From NCBI GenBank assembly GCA_024644105.1, contig JAHELP010000001.1, positions 20,672-84,671 of the forward strand: a stretch of 64,000 nt of DNA, given 5' to 3'. The notes below the pieces were generated by a model, which saw only the letters and a program-made list of their open reading frames with translations, was not told the DNA's origin and did not search any database. Below are positions 1 to 10,178 of this stretch, piece by piece (the stretch's first letter is position 1; every line of letters begins with the position of its first letter). Origin of the DNA: Nitrosopumilus sp. (GTDB lineage: Archaea > Thermoproteota > Nitrososphaeria > Nitrososphaerales > Nitrosopumilaceae). The translations under genes and the position numbers were made by a program.

Positions 1-85
1 AAATTGAGCATAGATATTATCATGAAACTGGTAGAATATTAAAAATAGAATCAAAAGAGTTTAGATAAAATAGATCAATAACAAA

Positions 86-940
86 GTGAAAACATACATG
101 AAATTCATTCCTTCAGAATACAAGCAACGAAATATGAAAATTTGGAATGAAGTTGCACCTAGATATCATAAACGATGGGCAAGTGTCAATAAAGGACCAT
201 TTCAAAGTACAAAAAAACTAGTCAACTTGGTAAACATCAACAAGGGTGATTCAGTTTTAGATGTTGCATGTGGTACAGGAGTAGTTACAAATGAAATTCA
301 AATGAAAATAGGAAAATCAGGATTTGTTGTAGGGGTTGATACTTCAAGTGCAGCAATTAAAATTGCAAAAAAGTGGAATGGAAAAAAATCAAATGTAAAT
401 TTTGTAAATACAGATGCTGAAAAATTTTCATTTTCAAAAAAATTTGATATTGTTACTTGTCAATATGCTTTGTTTTTTTTTCCAAATGCTCAAAAAGCAT
501 TAAAAAATATGAAAAATAGCCTCAAGAAATCAGGAAAAATAGGGATTTCTGTACATGGGAGTAAAGAAGCTGTTCCTTTCTTTAGCAGTATTATTGATTC
601 CGTTACCAAGTATATTCCAGATTATGTTCCACCAGACTCTCCAGATCTTGATAGATTTGGAACAAAATCAGCTTTAAGAAAAGAAGTGAGCAAAGCAGGA
701 TTCTCAAAAATTATTGTGAAAGAATTTGTTTTTCAGTATAGTCCAGGAAAATTTGAGGATTATTGGAAAAATTATCTAAAATACATTGCAAAACCTCTGA
801 AAGAAAAACTAAATGAATTAGATTATAAAAAAAGAAAAGAATTGAAACAGTTAGTCAAAGCGAAAACATTACAGTATACCAAAAAAAGTGGAGAGATTGT
901 ATTTCCTTGGCAAGTTTTAATTCTAAGTGCAAAAAACTAG
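86..940 (+). CDS. Class I SAM-dependent methyltransferase
   Basis: 284-aa ORF. Contains SAM-binding motif I 'VLDVACGTGVV' followed by an acidic loop 'VVGVDTS'. GTG start; an alternative ATG lies at 98. Confidence 0.75.
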   Translation: MKTYMKFIPSEYKQRNMKIWNEVAPRYHKRWASVNKGPFQSTKKLVNLVNINKGDSVLDVACGTGVVTNEIQMKIGKSGFVVGVDTSSAAIKIAKKWNGKKSNVNFVNTDAEKFSFSKKFDIVTCQYALFFFPNAQKALKNMKNSLKKSGKIGISVHGSKEAVPFFSSIIDSVTKYIPDYVPPDSPDLDRFGTKSALRKEVSKAGFSKIIVKEFVFQYSPGKFEDYWKNYLKYIAKPLKEKLNELDYKKRKELKQLVKAKTLQYTKKSGEIVFPWQVLILSAKN

Positions 941-954
941 AGAATTAGAGAGAA

Positions 955-1437
955 ATGGGTAAAGAAAAGAAGAAAAAGGAAGATAAGCCAAAAAAGAATG
1001 ATTTTAAGTCATTTCTAAAAAAGAGGGCCCCAATCTATCTTGCATTAATTGCAATGTTTGTAGTATTTGTAATTCCTGAAATGACAAAGGGAACTTTGGA
1101 AAAAAGTTTTCCTGAATTCTCAGCAGAAGAACAACAAGTAATAGATATTTTGATGAAATATGATGGCCCAAATAATTCAGGTCTAACTGTATTGGAAGCA
1201 TTAGAGACTAAAATAAGTGAAGAGTATCCTGATGAGAAAATTTTTGATAATAAGAAAACTAGTATAGATATAAAAATATCAACTGTAAATCCTGATGAAT
1301 TTAAAGTATTACTAGATTTTAAATCTCACAAGGGAGAAATAAATTATGATTGGAATGTAAATGTAGTCTCAGAAAAAATTGATTCAAACAATCCAAATTC
1401 TAAATATATAATTGATCTTGTTGACTATTATGACTAG
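955..1437 (+). CDS. Hypothetical membrane-anchored protein
   Basis: 160-aa ORF with a Lys-rich N-terminus, one hydrophobic helix (IYLALIAMFVVFVIP) and an acidic soluble domain. No family recognised. Confidence 0.5.
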   Translation: MGKEKKKKEDKPKKNDFKSFLKKRAPIYLALIAMFVVFVIPEMTKGTLEKSFPEFSAEEQQVIDILMKYDGPNNSGLTVLEALETKISEEYPDEKIFDNKKTSIDIKISTVNPDEFKVLLDFKSHKGEINYDWNVNVVSEKIDSNNPNSKYIIDLVDYYD

Positions 1438-1439
1438 GC

Positions 1440-2504
1440 TCAAATTGTAACTAAATCTTTAGTGAATTTGTGCATTACAATTGGTTTTTCTTTTACAATT
1501 AATGAATCCTCTATCCTAATTCCAAATTTATTTTGAATATAGATACCTGGTTCTACTGTTATTGCCATATTTTCTTTTAATTTTGTGTTACTTCTATATG
1601 ATACAGTTGGTAACTCATGTACTTCTAAACCAATCCCATGACCTGTTGAATGAATAAAGTATTTACCATAATTTTTTTCTTCAATGTATTTTCTACATGC
1701 AAAATCAATATTTTTACAATCAACATTTGGTTTTACAGCTTTTAATCCAAGTCGTTGTGATTCTTTTACTATTTCATAAGCTTCATTTGCTTGTGATGTA
1801 ATTTTTCCTAATGCAAATGTTCTAGTGGCATCAGAAACATATCCTTTGTATCTTAAAGTAAGATCAGTAACTACAAGATCACCTTTTTTGAATTTTCTAT
1901 TTGTAACTTGAGCATGTGGAAGTGCTCCATTTGGGCCACCAGCAATTATCAATGGGTTTAAAGTCGATTTGTATCCAGTGTCAAACATTTCTTGTTCCAT
2001 TGCATATGTCATCAAAATTGTCTGTAATTCTGATTCTTTTTGACCTACTTTCATCTTTTTTGAACAAATTTGGAACATTTCATCAATGATTTTTGAAGCT
2101 TTTTTGAGAATTTTTATTTCTTTTTCATCTTTGATTATTCTAGTATTGTAAAATGGTTCAGTTGATGATTTAATTTTTGGAATTGATTTTTTTAATGACA
2201 TCATAATAGAGTAGTTTTGGCAATCAGTACAGACTCTATTTTTCTTAATTTTTTTAATTAATGAAGTTATCAGACCCTCTCCTCGTTCTGCTGTGATGAC
2301 ATCACAATCTTCAGATTCTTCTTTTGCTCTCCCTACTTCTAATTCTGGTGCAATAATCGTAGTTTTACCATTTTTTTCAAGTAAGCCAATTGCTTCTCCC
2401 CAAAATCCAGTCATGTAAAACAAATTTTCAGGCTCAAATGTAACCAAAGTGTCACAATCTATTTTTTGAGCATATTTTAGAAGATTCTTTCTACGCTGCT
2501 TCAT
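1440..2504 (-). CDS. M24-family Xaa-Pro dipeptidase/aminopeptidase
   Basis: 354 aa. Pita-bread metal-ligand motifs 'DATRTF', 'HSTGHGIGLEVHE', 'ITVEPGIY' and 'RIEDS'. Confidence 0.85.
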   Translation of the reverse strand: MKQRRKNLLKYAQKIDCDTLVTFEPENLFYMTGFWGEAIGLLEKNGKTTIIAPELEVGRAKEESEDCDVITAERGEGLITSLIKKIKKNRVCTDCQNYSIMMSLKKSIPKIKSSTEPFYNTRIIKDEKEIKILKKASKIIDEMFQICSKKMKVGQKESELQTILMTYAMEQEMFDTGYKSTLNPLIIAGGPNGALPHAQVTNRKFKKGDLVVTDLTLRYKGYVSDATRTFALGKITSQANEAYEIVKESQRLGLKAVKPNVDCKNIDFACRKYIEEKNYGKYFIHSTGHGIGLEVHELPTVSYRSNTKLKENMAITVEPGIYIQNKFGIRIEDSLIVKEKPIVMHKFTKDLVTI

Positions 2505-2530
2505 ACAGAAACTTGTACATTTCTTAATTT

Positions 2531-3589
2531 ATGTATGATGTAAAGTTTGTATATGGAAAATTGAATCAGATCGCATTGGCTGAAGAGAAAGAAAAGAAGA
2601 AAGTAGTTGCATTACTATCTGGAGGATTAGATAGTCAACTAGCAGTAAGAATGATGCAAGAACAAGGCTTTGATGTTTCTGCAGTTGCAATTAAAACTCC
2701 ATTTTGTGATTTTGATTGTGGTAGAGGTTGTGGTTTTGAAATTAGAGAAAGAGCAGATGATCTTAATGTGAATTTAAAAACAGTTTATCTTGGTGATGAA
2801 TACATTGAGATGTTAAAACATCCAAAACATGGAATTGGTGCTGGATTTAATCCATGTGTAGATTGTAGAACTATGATGTTTGATGCAGCAAAAAAACACA
2901 TGGAAGAAATTGGTGCAGAATTTATTATTTCAGGTGAAGTATTAGGTCAACGTCCAATGAGTCAACATGCACCATCATTACACATTATTGAAAATGAATC
3001 AAACTTGAAAGGGAAAATTGTTAGGCCATTATCTGCAGGATTACTACCACCATCAGATGCTGAAAAAGATGGTTTGATTAAAAGAGAAAATCTAGGAATG
3101 ATTAGAGGAAGACAAAGAAAAATTCAAATGAAAATGGCAAAAGAATATGGAATTGAAAATCCACCAAATGCAGGTGGCGGATGTTTGTTAACAGAACCAC
3201 AATTTGGAATTAAGGCTAAAGATTTGTTTGATCATGTTGAAACACCAACAATAAATGAAATTGATTTATTGAAAATTGGTAGACATTTTAGATTAGATGA
3301 AGAAACAAAATTTGTTGTTGGAAGAAACAAGGATGAAAATGAAATGATTAAAGCATTGGCATTACCAGGAGATATTTTATTTGAGGCTAAAGACTACGTA
3401 GGACCAATTTCAATTTTACGTGGTAAGAATGCAAAGTTACATGTTGAATTTGCATCAGCAGTAACTTTGAGATATTCAGATGCACCAAACACTGAACAAG
3501 GTGTTGTTTCAGTAAAAAATGGAGATTCATCTGAAGAAATTACTACAGAATGTGCAGAAGAGCAATCTTATCTTAAATTTAGAATGTAG
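2531..3589 (+). CDS. PP-loop ATP pyrophosphatase, ThiI/MnmA-like tRNA sulfurtransferase family
   Basis: 352 aa. PP-loop 'LLSGGLDSQLA', 'NPCVDCRTMMF' and 'ISGEVLGQRPMSQ', as in ThiI-type adenylating enzymes. The exact subfamily cannot be decided by eye. Confidence 0.6.
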   Translation: MYDVKFVYGKLNQIALAEEKEKKKVVALLSGGLDSQLAVRMMQEQGFDVSAVAIKTPFCDFDCGRGCGFEIRERADDLNVNLKTVYLGDEYIEMLKHPKHGIGAGFNPCVDCRTMMFDAAKKHMEEIGAEFIISGEVLGQRPMSQHAPSLHIIENESNLKGKIVRPLSAGLLPPSDAEKDGLIKRENLGMIRGRQRKIQMKMAKEYGIENPPNAGGGCLLTEPQFGIKAKDLFDHVETPTINEIDLLKIGRHFRLDEETKFVVGRNKDENEMIKALALPGDILFEAKDYVGPISILRGKNAKLHVEFASAVTLRYSDAPNTEQGVVSVKNGDSSEEITTECAEEQSYLKFRM

Positions 3590-3662
3590 GCGTGAAATTT
3601 TTTAAAAATTAGTTAAAACTAAGGAAGAGTTTTTGAACAAGTAGATCTCATTTTCAACAAGG

Positions 3663-3941
3663 ATGCAAAAGCAAGAAAATTCCACATATCTAAAGGCTAT
3701 TACAATTAGGGATATCAGTGATGTTCATTCTATCAAAGAAGATATCAAAAAAAATATGATTTTAATTCTAAGAGTTACACCTTTGGCACAAAAAGATGTG
3801 GAGCAACTTCGTAAAGTAGTTGAAGAATTGTATTCTATTGCAAAAGCAGAAGATGCTGAAATTGCAAGATTGGGTGAAGAGAGAATCATAATTGCTCCAT
3901 CTAGTATAAAGATCTGGAAACCAGAGTACGATCTAAAATAA
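3663..3941 (+). CDS. SepF-like (DUF552) small protein
   Basis: 92 aa. The pattern 'ITIRDISDVHSIKEDIKKNMILILRV...LRKVVEELYSIAKAEDAEIARLGEERIIIAPSSIKI' resembles the SepF core fold. Convergent 9-nt overlap with aCPSF1. Confidence 0.45.
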   Translation: MQKQENSTYLKAITIRDISDVHSIKEDIKKNMILILRVTPLAQKDVEQLRKVVEELYSIAKAEDAEIARLGEERIIIAPSSIKIWKPEYDLK

Positions 3942-5912
3942 TTTTATAGCTTCTTGAACTTGAGGATAATGTGCAGGTACTTTGTACATTCTTCTAATAT
4001 TCATTGCAAGATTTTCTGATTTCTTCCTTTCTCCATGATTAACTAACACACGTCGAAGTTTAGGTCTTAGTCTTTGTACAAATGACATTAATTGATTATA
4101 ATCACTGTGTCCACTAAAACCATCCAATTTTTCAACTCCACAGTTAATTGAGACAACTTCAACTTTACCTTCTTTACCTAACATTGTTGCCTGTTTTGAA
4201 CCATCCAATACTCTTCTTCCCAAAGTTCCATTTACTTGGTAAGAAACAAAAAGTACTTTGTTCTTTTTATCAGGAGCTATATTTTTAAAATATTCCAATA
4301 CAGGGCCTCCTTCTAACATTCCAGAGGTGGCTAAGATAATACATGGAGAATTATCTCGCATTGGTTCTTCTCTAGCATCAGCATGTTCGATGTTAGTAAA
4401 GTATTCAGAATCAAATGGATTATCATCAGTCTCTAGAATTTTTTGTTTTAGTTCTCTTGCAAGGTATTCAGGATATGATTCATGTATTGCCGATGCCTCT
4501 GAAATCATTCCTTCTGTAAATACAGGAGCTTCAACCATCTCACCAGATTTCATATAATGATCTATTACCATCATAATTTCTTGTGCACGCCCAACTGCAG
4601 GAATTGGAATTAAGACTTTACCCCCATCTGCTAAAGTATTGTTTACTGCATTAATGAAAGCAGATTCTACTTCTTGTCTAGTTGGTTGAATATCTTCTTT
4701 AAGACCATAAGTACTTTCAATCAATAATGTTTCAACTCTTGGAAAATTCCAACTAGCAGCTTCAAACAAAATACTTTTTCCAAATTTAATATCGCCAGAA
4801 TAAACAAAGTTATGATCACCATTTCCAATATGAAAATGACATAATGCTGAACCAAGAATATGGCCTGCATTTGCAAGTACTAATTTAATATCTGGAGAAA
4901 TATCGGTAACTGTTCCGTATGGCAAAGTAATTGTTTGACGCATTATTTGTTTCACGTCCCGTTCTGAATAAATTGGAGTTCTACCTTGAGCAGAAGCAAC
5001 TTTGATTGCATCTAATTGAATTAGATTCATCATGGGTAAAGTTGGTTCAGTACAATAGATTGGGCCTTTGTATCCATATTTACAAAGTGTTGGTAAAAAT
5101 CCAGTATGATCCAAGTGTGCATGTCCAATTACAATTGCATCAAGTTCATCTAATGTGATGTTTAGAGAATCAAGTCTTGGAAATGCATCCATAGGTGAAC
5201 GTGCACCAGGATTTATTCCACAATCAATCAGAATCTTACTTTCTGGAGTGGATAGTAGTAACGAAGACCTTCCTACCTGACCAAATCCTCCAAGGGTATA
5301 AAGAGAAACTTCTGTCCTTTGAGATAATCTAGGTCTAAAAATTTCATCACCAACTTGTTTTAGCTGTTTACTTCTCTCAGCTGATGCCTGTTTGAGAGTT
5401 GCATTTATTGTTTGAATTGTACGTGATGGTATGGTTGTGGCTTTTCTAACGCGTAATCTCCATCCTATTTTTTCTGTAACCTCTGCATGATTGAATTCTT
5501 TAGCATTTCTTTGTAATAACCAAGGTCTTTTTGCTTCTATGGATACTTCTCCAGTTGCAGTATCAAAAATTGTTCCTTGTAGATTTGCTTCTTTTGGAAC
5601 ACATTCAGCTATGATTTTTCTTGCTTCATCTTCAGATTTTCTAATTGATTCATCGGTTCTAACAACAATTCTTTTTTTAATAATATTAACAAGATTAGAA
5701 ATTGTGTCATTGTTTTCCATCAAATAACGTGGAGAATTTGTATAGAGAGCAATTCTTGGTCCTTCATATTCTATTTTTGTGACACTTGCTTCTTTAGGTA
5801 TACTTTGCAGTATGGTGGCCATTATATTCTGGCTACTAGGAGGTAATTCTTTTTCTTGATATTTTCTTTGCATTAAATCACTAAAGTTCGATGACGGCTT
5901 TCTTTTGCTCAT
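3933..5912 (-). CDS. aCPSF1 / FttA beta-CASP ribonuclease with N-terminal KH domains
   Basis: 659 aa. Metallo-beta-lactamase motif 'IGHAHLDHTG', beta-CASP region and C-terminal 'GFSGHSD...LVNHGE'. The N-terminal ~180 aa is KH-like. The start may instead be Met14 (about 5873), which would remove the overlap with psmB. Confidence 0.9.
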   Translation of the reverse strand: MSKRKPSSNFSDLMQRKYQEKELPPSSQNIMATILQSIPKEASVTKIEYEGPRIALYTNSPRYLMENNDTISNLVNIIKKRIVVRTDESIRKSEDEARKIIAECVPKEANLQGTIFDTATGEVSIEAKRPWLLQRNAKEFNHAEVTEKIGWRLRVRKATTIPSRTIQTINATLKQASAERSKQLKQVGDEIFRPRLSQRTEVSLYTLGGFGQVGRSSLLLSTPESKILIDCGINPGARSPMDAFPRLDSLNITLDELDAIVIGHAHLDHTGFLPTLCKYGYKGPIYCTEPTLPMMNLIQLDAIKVASAQGRTPIYSERDVKQIMRQTITLPYGTVTDISPDIKLVLANAGHILGSALCHFHIGNGDHNFVYSGDIKFGKSILFEAASWNFPRVETLLIESTYGLKEDIQPTRQEVESAFINAVNNTLADGGKVLIPIPAVGRAQEIMMVIDHYMKSGEMVEAPVFTEGMISEASAIHESYPEYLARELKQKILETDDNPFDSEYFTNIEHADAREEPMRDNSPCIILATSGMLEGGPVLEYFKNIAPDKKNKVLFVSYQVNGTLGRRVLDGSKQATMLGKEGKVEVVSINCGVEKLDGFSGHSDYNQLMSFVQRLRPKLRRVLVNHGERKKSENLAMNIRRMYKVPAHYPQVQEAIKLF

Positions 5913-6513
5913 CGGTTAATAGACGGAAACCGTCTTTGTCCATAACTGCGATGTTAATACCATCGCCTGTACCAATGTTTCTAACTATTGCGGCTTTAAC
6001 AGCTCGTAGAGCTACTTGTTTTGCTTCTTCAACTGTAAGATCTTCTTTGTATTCTTCTTCAAGTAAACCATATGCTACTGGAGAACCGCTACCAGTTGTA
6101 ACATATGATTTCTCTTCTACTGAACCAAACATATCAACATTGAATAATGAAGGGCCAGTTGCATCATATCCACCAAGTAAGATATCAGCCATGAATGGAT
6201 AGCCTCTGTTTTGATGAAATATCAATGAACAAAGTCTTGCAAGTGAATGAATCGAGATTGAACTCTGTTTTTCAACTCTATGAAGATTAGAATGATAACG
6301 TAAAATATCTACTATATTTTGTGCATCTGCAACTCCTCCTGCCAAGGTTAATCCTGCATGCAAATCAATTTGTTGAATTTTCATAGTGTTGTTGTTTGCT
6401 ATAAAATAGCCTGCACTGGCTCTCATGTCGGCACATAATACGACACCATCTTTAGCCTTGATACCTACAGTGGTAGTCCCATGCAAAATTTTTTCTTCAA
6501 CGTTATTTGACAA
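5881..6513 (-). CDS. psmB: Proteasome subunit beta
   Basis: 210 aa. Propeptide followed by the catalytic 'GTTTVGIKAKDGVVLCAD' Ntn-hydrolase signature. Confidence 0.9.
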   Translation of the reverse strand: MSNNVEEKILHGTTTVGIKAKDGVVLCADMRASAGYFIANNNTMKIQQIDLHAGLTLAGGVADAQNIVDILRYHSNLHRVEKQSSISIHSLARLCSLIFHQNRGYPFMADILLGGYDATGPSLFNVDMFGSVEEKSYVTTGSGSPVAYGLLEEEYKEDLTVEEAKQVALRAVKAAIVRNIGTGDGINIAVMDKDGFRLLTDEQKKAVIEL

Positions 6514-6588
6514 AATACACCTACTAAGATGAAATGAATGGCATCTAACCCTTTTAAATAACTTTTTGATCCCTTGAAATCATAAATA

Positions 6589-7653
6589 ATGACAAAAAAT
6601 CAAGATCGCATGGTTTCACACACGATGGAATTACCCAGACAAATTGTTGTGGGTGAAAAGAATATCAATGAGTTTGCAGATTTTCTTCAAAGTTTAACTA
6701 AACCTAAGAAAGTATCATTAATTTCTGGAATTCATGTAAAAAAAATTCTTAAACAGAAAATTGAAAAATCGTTAAAAAATAAAAAAATTAAATTTGCTTG
6801 GCATACATCAAAAGATAATCAGATAAGTACTCTTAAAAAAATTCAGATTGAAGTTAAAAAAGATTGTAGTGATATAATTGCTGGAATTGGAGGAGGACGT
6901 TCTGTAGATACTGCAAAAATGGTTGCTTTTAATTTGGATATTCCATTTGTTAGTGTACCTACAGCTGCTTCACATGATGGAATAGCCAGCCCATTTGTTT
7001 CAATAAAAAGTGATAAACCTCATTCAATTGTTGCGACTGCACCCTTGGGTGTTTTTGTAGATATTGATATTATCAAAAAAGCTCCTTCTCGATTACTTGC
7101 AAGTGGTTGTGGGGATTTGGTAGCAAATATCAGTGCTGTCAAAGATTGGAAATTGGGTAGAGACAAAACTGGGGAATATTATGGAAGATATTCAGCGAAT
7201 TTAGCAATAATGAGTGCAGATATAGTAATGGAAAAATCAAGTCAATATGCTAAGAAAGGTCTAGATGCTAGAGTAATTGTTGAAGCTCTAATTAGTGCAG
7301 GAGTTGCATCATGTATTGCAGGAAGTAGCAGACCATGTTCAGGTGCAGAGCATCTTTTTTCACATGCACTAGATAAAATCGCCCCAGGTAAAGGATTACA
7401 CGGAGAGAAATGTGGGTTGGGTGCGATTATGATTACAAAACTTCAAGGACAAAATTGGAAAGATATTGTAAAAACATTGAAAGATGTAGGTGCACCAACA
7501 AATGCAAAAGAAATTGGTTTGACTGAAGAACAAGTAATAGATGCATTAATGATTGCACAAGATTTACGTCCAGAAAGATATACAATTCTAAAAGAAGTAG
7601 AAATGACTGAGAGAAGAGCTAAAAATCTCGCAAAATCTACTAGAGTAATTTAA
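6589..7653 (+). CDS. egsA: NAD(P)-dependent glycerol-1-phosphate dehydrogenase
   Basis: 354 aa. Contains 'GIGGGRSVDTAKMVA' and 'VSVPTAASHDGIASPF', typical of archaeal G1P dehydrogenase. Confidence 0.85.
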   Translation: MTKNQDRMVSHTMELPRQIVVGEKNINEFADFLQSLTKPKKVSLISGIHVKKILKQKIEKSLKNKKIKFAWHTSKDNQISTLKKIQIEVKKDCSDIIAGIGGGRSVDTAKMVAFNLDIPFVSVPTAASHDGIASPFVSIKSDKPHSIVATAPLGVFVDIDIIKKAPSRLLASGCGDLVANISAVKDWKLGRDKTGEYYGRYSANLAIMSADIVMEKSSQYAKKGLDARVIVEALISAGVASCIAGSSRPCSGAEHLFSHALDKIAPGKGLHGEKCGLGAIMITKLQGQNWKDIVKTLKDVGAPTNAKEIGLTEEQVIDALMIAQDLRPERYTILKEVEMTERRAKNLAKSTRVI

Positions 7654-8396
7654 GCAGTTTTTTGTTCAGGTGCTTTTTCTTTTATTTCAGGTTTCTTTTC
7701 CTGAGCTTGTTTGTTGATGTGAGATTCAACAAAATTAACTTTTTCCAAAGTTGGAACGAATTTAAAAATATCTAGTTGAATAAAGTGTTTCATGATTTGT
7801 AATCCATCAGCTCGTAAGATATCCTCAGGAATAGTAACGCTTACTTCTTTATCTTTTAGGTCAAAAGCAATTTTTGTGTCCTCAACAGGTAATCTATTTT
7901 TAAGAATTCCATCAACTTTATCACTTGGGGAATCTAAAGATTTGATGACATTAACATCAAACAAAATAGTTTTTCCTGCATATCTATGATTATAATCAAC
8001 TTGAACTCTTCCAGAACCAATAAAACGAATAATTCCTCTTTTATTATCAACTTCAATTGTGTCACCTACTGAAACTTTCTCTGCATCTTCTCCTAATTTT
8101 CTAATAGGAATCATTCTAACTTTTCCAGAATCTCTTTCACCAAAACCTTTGTCCGGTGTGACTTCTACTGTAAGCTTATCTCCAACTGCAGTTTTTGCAA
8201 GTGCCTCATCAAGTCCTTTGAGAACAGGATAAGAAACTTCACCAATAGAAACTAACTTTGGTTGATACTTGACATTTTGTTCATGAATAGAATGTTTTTT
8301 TGCATCTTCTTCAATAGTGGTATCAAAAATTTCCTCAGTATCTTTTACTTTTGCAGTATAATCAACTAAAATTAATGAGCCTTTATCAAATGTCAA
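7650..8396 (-). CDS. Long-type FKBP peptidyl-prolyl cis-trans isomerase
   Basis: 248 aa. FKBP core with an insert-in-flap arrangement (YTAKVKD...GLDEAL...GEKLTVEV-like segments) and a C-terminal extension. Confidence 0.75.
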   Translation of the reverse strand: MTFDKGSLILVDYTAKVKDTEEIFDTTIEEDAKKHSIHEQNVKYQPKLVSIGEVSYPVLKGLDEALAKTAVGDKLTVEVTPDKGFGERDSGKVRMIPIRKLGEDAEKVSVGDTIEVDNKRGIIRFIGSGRVQVDYNHRYAGKTILFDVNVIKSLDSPSDKVDGILKNRLPVEDTKIAFDLKDKEVSVTIPEDILRADGLQIMKHFIQLDIFKFVPTLEKVNFVESHINKQAQEKKPEIKEKAPEQKTA

Positions 8397-8437
8397 TGTG
8401 ATCGGTCTCGAATTTCCTTATATTAAGTTAACAGGGT

Positions 8438-9583
8438 TTAGAGAGCTTTGAGTTTTTCTTCTGCAGTTTTAAGTCCTGCTTGAGCATCAACATTGAATCC
8501 CATCATTGTTAGTGTAGCTGAAATTGCAGAAATAGTTCTCATAACATGATATGGACTAACTTCTCCCATACATCCTACTCTGAAAACTTTACCTTTGAGA
8601 TTTCCAAATCCACCAGCAACTAAAACTTTGAACTTATCAGCTAATGTGCTTCTGAAAGTTTTGTCTTCAAGACCATCCAAGTAATTTAATGCAACAATTG
8701 AGATTGACCGATCTTCTTCTTTAGCAAATGGAGAAAGACCCATAGCACTTAATCCAGAGTATAATGCATCTGAACAAACTTTGTGACGGTTAAAGACATT
8801 TTGTAATCCTTCTTCTAACATTACAGATAATGCTTCTCTATATGCATAAAGTAATGGAAGTGCGGGTGTGAAAGGAGTATGTTTTTCTTCATCATAATAT
8901 TTGAAGTATCTTGCTAAATTGAAATACATTGTAGCTGGTGGATTTTCAATCATGTATTTTTTGGCTTTAGCACTTACAGAAATTGGTGAAATTCCTGGAG
9001 GAGCTGCAATTGCTTTTTGTGCACCTGTCATACATACATCAATGTTCCATTTATCAACTGGAAGTGGAGCACCGCCTAATAGTGAGACTGAATCTACAAC
9101 ATAGAATGCATCATTTCTAGATGTTAAATCAGATACCTTATCAAGATAATTTATCATTGTTCCTGTAGAAGTTTCATTGTGAACAACATAGAATGCTTTA
9201 ACATCCTTATTGTTATCAAATGCTTCTTTTACTTGTTCAAACGTTGCATTTTCTCCTGGTGGAGTTTGAAGTTTTACTACGTTAGCTCCTTGGCCTTCAA
9301 TTAATTGTGATAATCTATTACTAAATTCACCATTTACAGGCATAATGACTTTGTCACCTTTCTTAACTAAATTCACAACACCTGCTTCTACTGCACCAGT
9401 TCCAGATGCAGATAATGCTACGATGTCATTTTTAGTTTCAAATACCTGCTGAGTTTTATCAACAACATCAGTGTATAATTCTACAAAATCATCACTTCGA
9501 TGGTTAATCATTGGGGCAAGCATTGCTCTCATTACTCTATTTGGTACATTTGTTGGACCAGGAAGCATTGAGAGATATTCCAT
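8438..9583 (-). CDS. Class V PLP aminotransferase (serine-glyoxylate/alanine-glyoxylate type)
   Basis: 381 aa. Begins 'MLPGPTNVPNRVMRAM', has 'SGTGAVEAG' and the PLP-lysine region 'TGAQKAIAAPPG'. Confidence 0.75.
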   Translation of the reverse strand: MEYLSMLPGPTNVPNRVMRAMLAPMINHRSDDFVELYTDVVDKTQQVFETKNDIVALSASGTGAVEAGVVNLVKKGDKVIMPVNGEFSNRLSQLIEGQGANVVKLQTPPGENATFEQVKEAFDNNKDVKAFYVVHNETSTGTMINYLDKVSDLTSRNDAFYVVDSVSLLGGAPLPVDKWNIDVCMTGAQKAIAAPPGISPISVSAKAKKYMIENPPATMYFNLARYFKYYDEEKHTPFTPALPLLYAYREALSVMLEEGLQNVFNRHKVCSDALYSGLSAMGLSPFAKEEDRSISIVALNYLDGLEDKTFRSTLADKFKVLVAGGFGNLKGKVFRVGCMGEVSPYHVMRTISAISATLTMMGFNVDAQAGLKTAEEKLKAL

Positions 9584-9622
9584 AAGTTATCTATGAGCAG
9601 TTATTTTGGGGTTTATTTATAA

Positions 9623-10117
9623 TTAGAGATTTTTCAAGTGTTCTTTAGCATCAATTTTTTCCAAAAAATTTCTTGTTCCATCAGGTACTAGATCATCCCA
9701 TTTTTGATCGGTAAGTATCAAATCACGAATATTAGTTCCTGATAGGGATTTTCTGTTTAGAAAAGGAATTGAGAGAACTTGAATATTCCTTTTAGAGTAC
9801 AAATGTTTTGTCAAGTCATCATTTGAAAAAATTATATCAAATTTTGGTACAATGGTATCTATTTTTTCAATCCATCGTATATGATTATCCAAATCTGGAA
9901 TAAAATAAATTGAAATTTTCTCTTTCAAATTATTATCAATAGAAGATAGAATCATTTCTTTGCGTTGATCTGCTGTAAATGGATTATCTTTTTCTATAGG
10001 TCTGTTGGAACTCCCTAAACCCACCCATAATTTATCAACTTTAGATAATGCAAATTGTAATGCTTCTAGATGACCCAGGTGAAATGGTTGAAATCTTCCT
10101 ATTAACAGACCATTCAT
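9623..10117 (-). CDS. Nicotinamide-nucleotide adenylyltransferase (archaeal NMNAT)
   Basis: 164 aa. Nucleotidyltransferase motif 'GRFQPFHLGHLEAL' and C-terminal 'SGTNIR'. Confidence 0.8.
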   Translation of the reverse strand: MNGLLIGRFQPFHLGHLEALQFALSKVDKLWVGLGSSNRPIEKDNPFTADQRKEMILSSIDNNLKEKISIYFIPDLDNHIRWIEKIDTIVPKFDIIFSNDDLTKHLYSKRNIQVLSIPFLNRKSLSGTNIRDLILTDQKWDDLVPDGTRNFLEKIDAKEHLKNL

Positions 10118-10178
10118 ACAAATTATAGTAAATTTCTTTTTAAAAAACTATCATAAAGAGCACAAATCGGAAAAAATT

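Noticed and set aside
1-42. Possible 3' end of an upstream plus-strand gene (frame 1 ends with TAA at 40-42)
   Set aside because: Only 13 codons are visible, so the call cannot be supported.
4258-5727. Plus-strand track ORFs 4258-4557 and 5491-5727, nested inside aCPSF1
   Set aside because: Both are fully antisense to a gene with strong, full-length family motifs. Their Ser/Leu/Phe/Ile-rich composition is typical of antisense frames in AT-rich DNA, and I recognise no motifs.
5891-6202. 103-aa plus-strand ORF antisense to psmB
   Set aside because: It is nested antisense to the proteasome beta gene and is a low-complexity Ser/Thr/Pro-rich translation.
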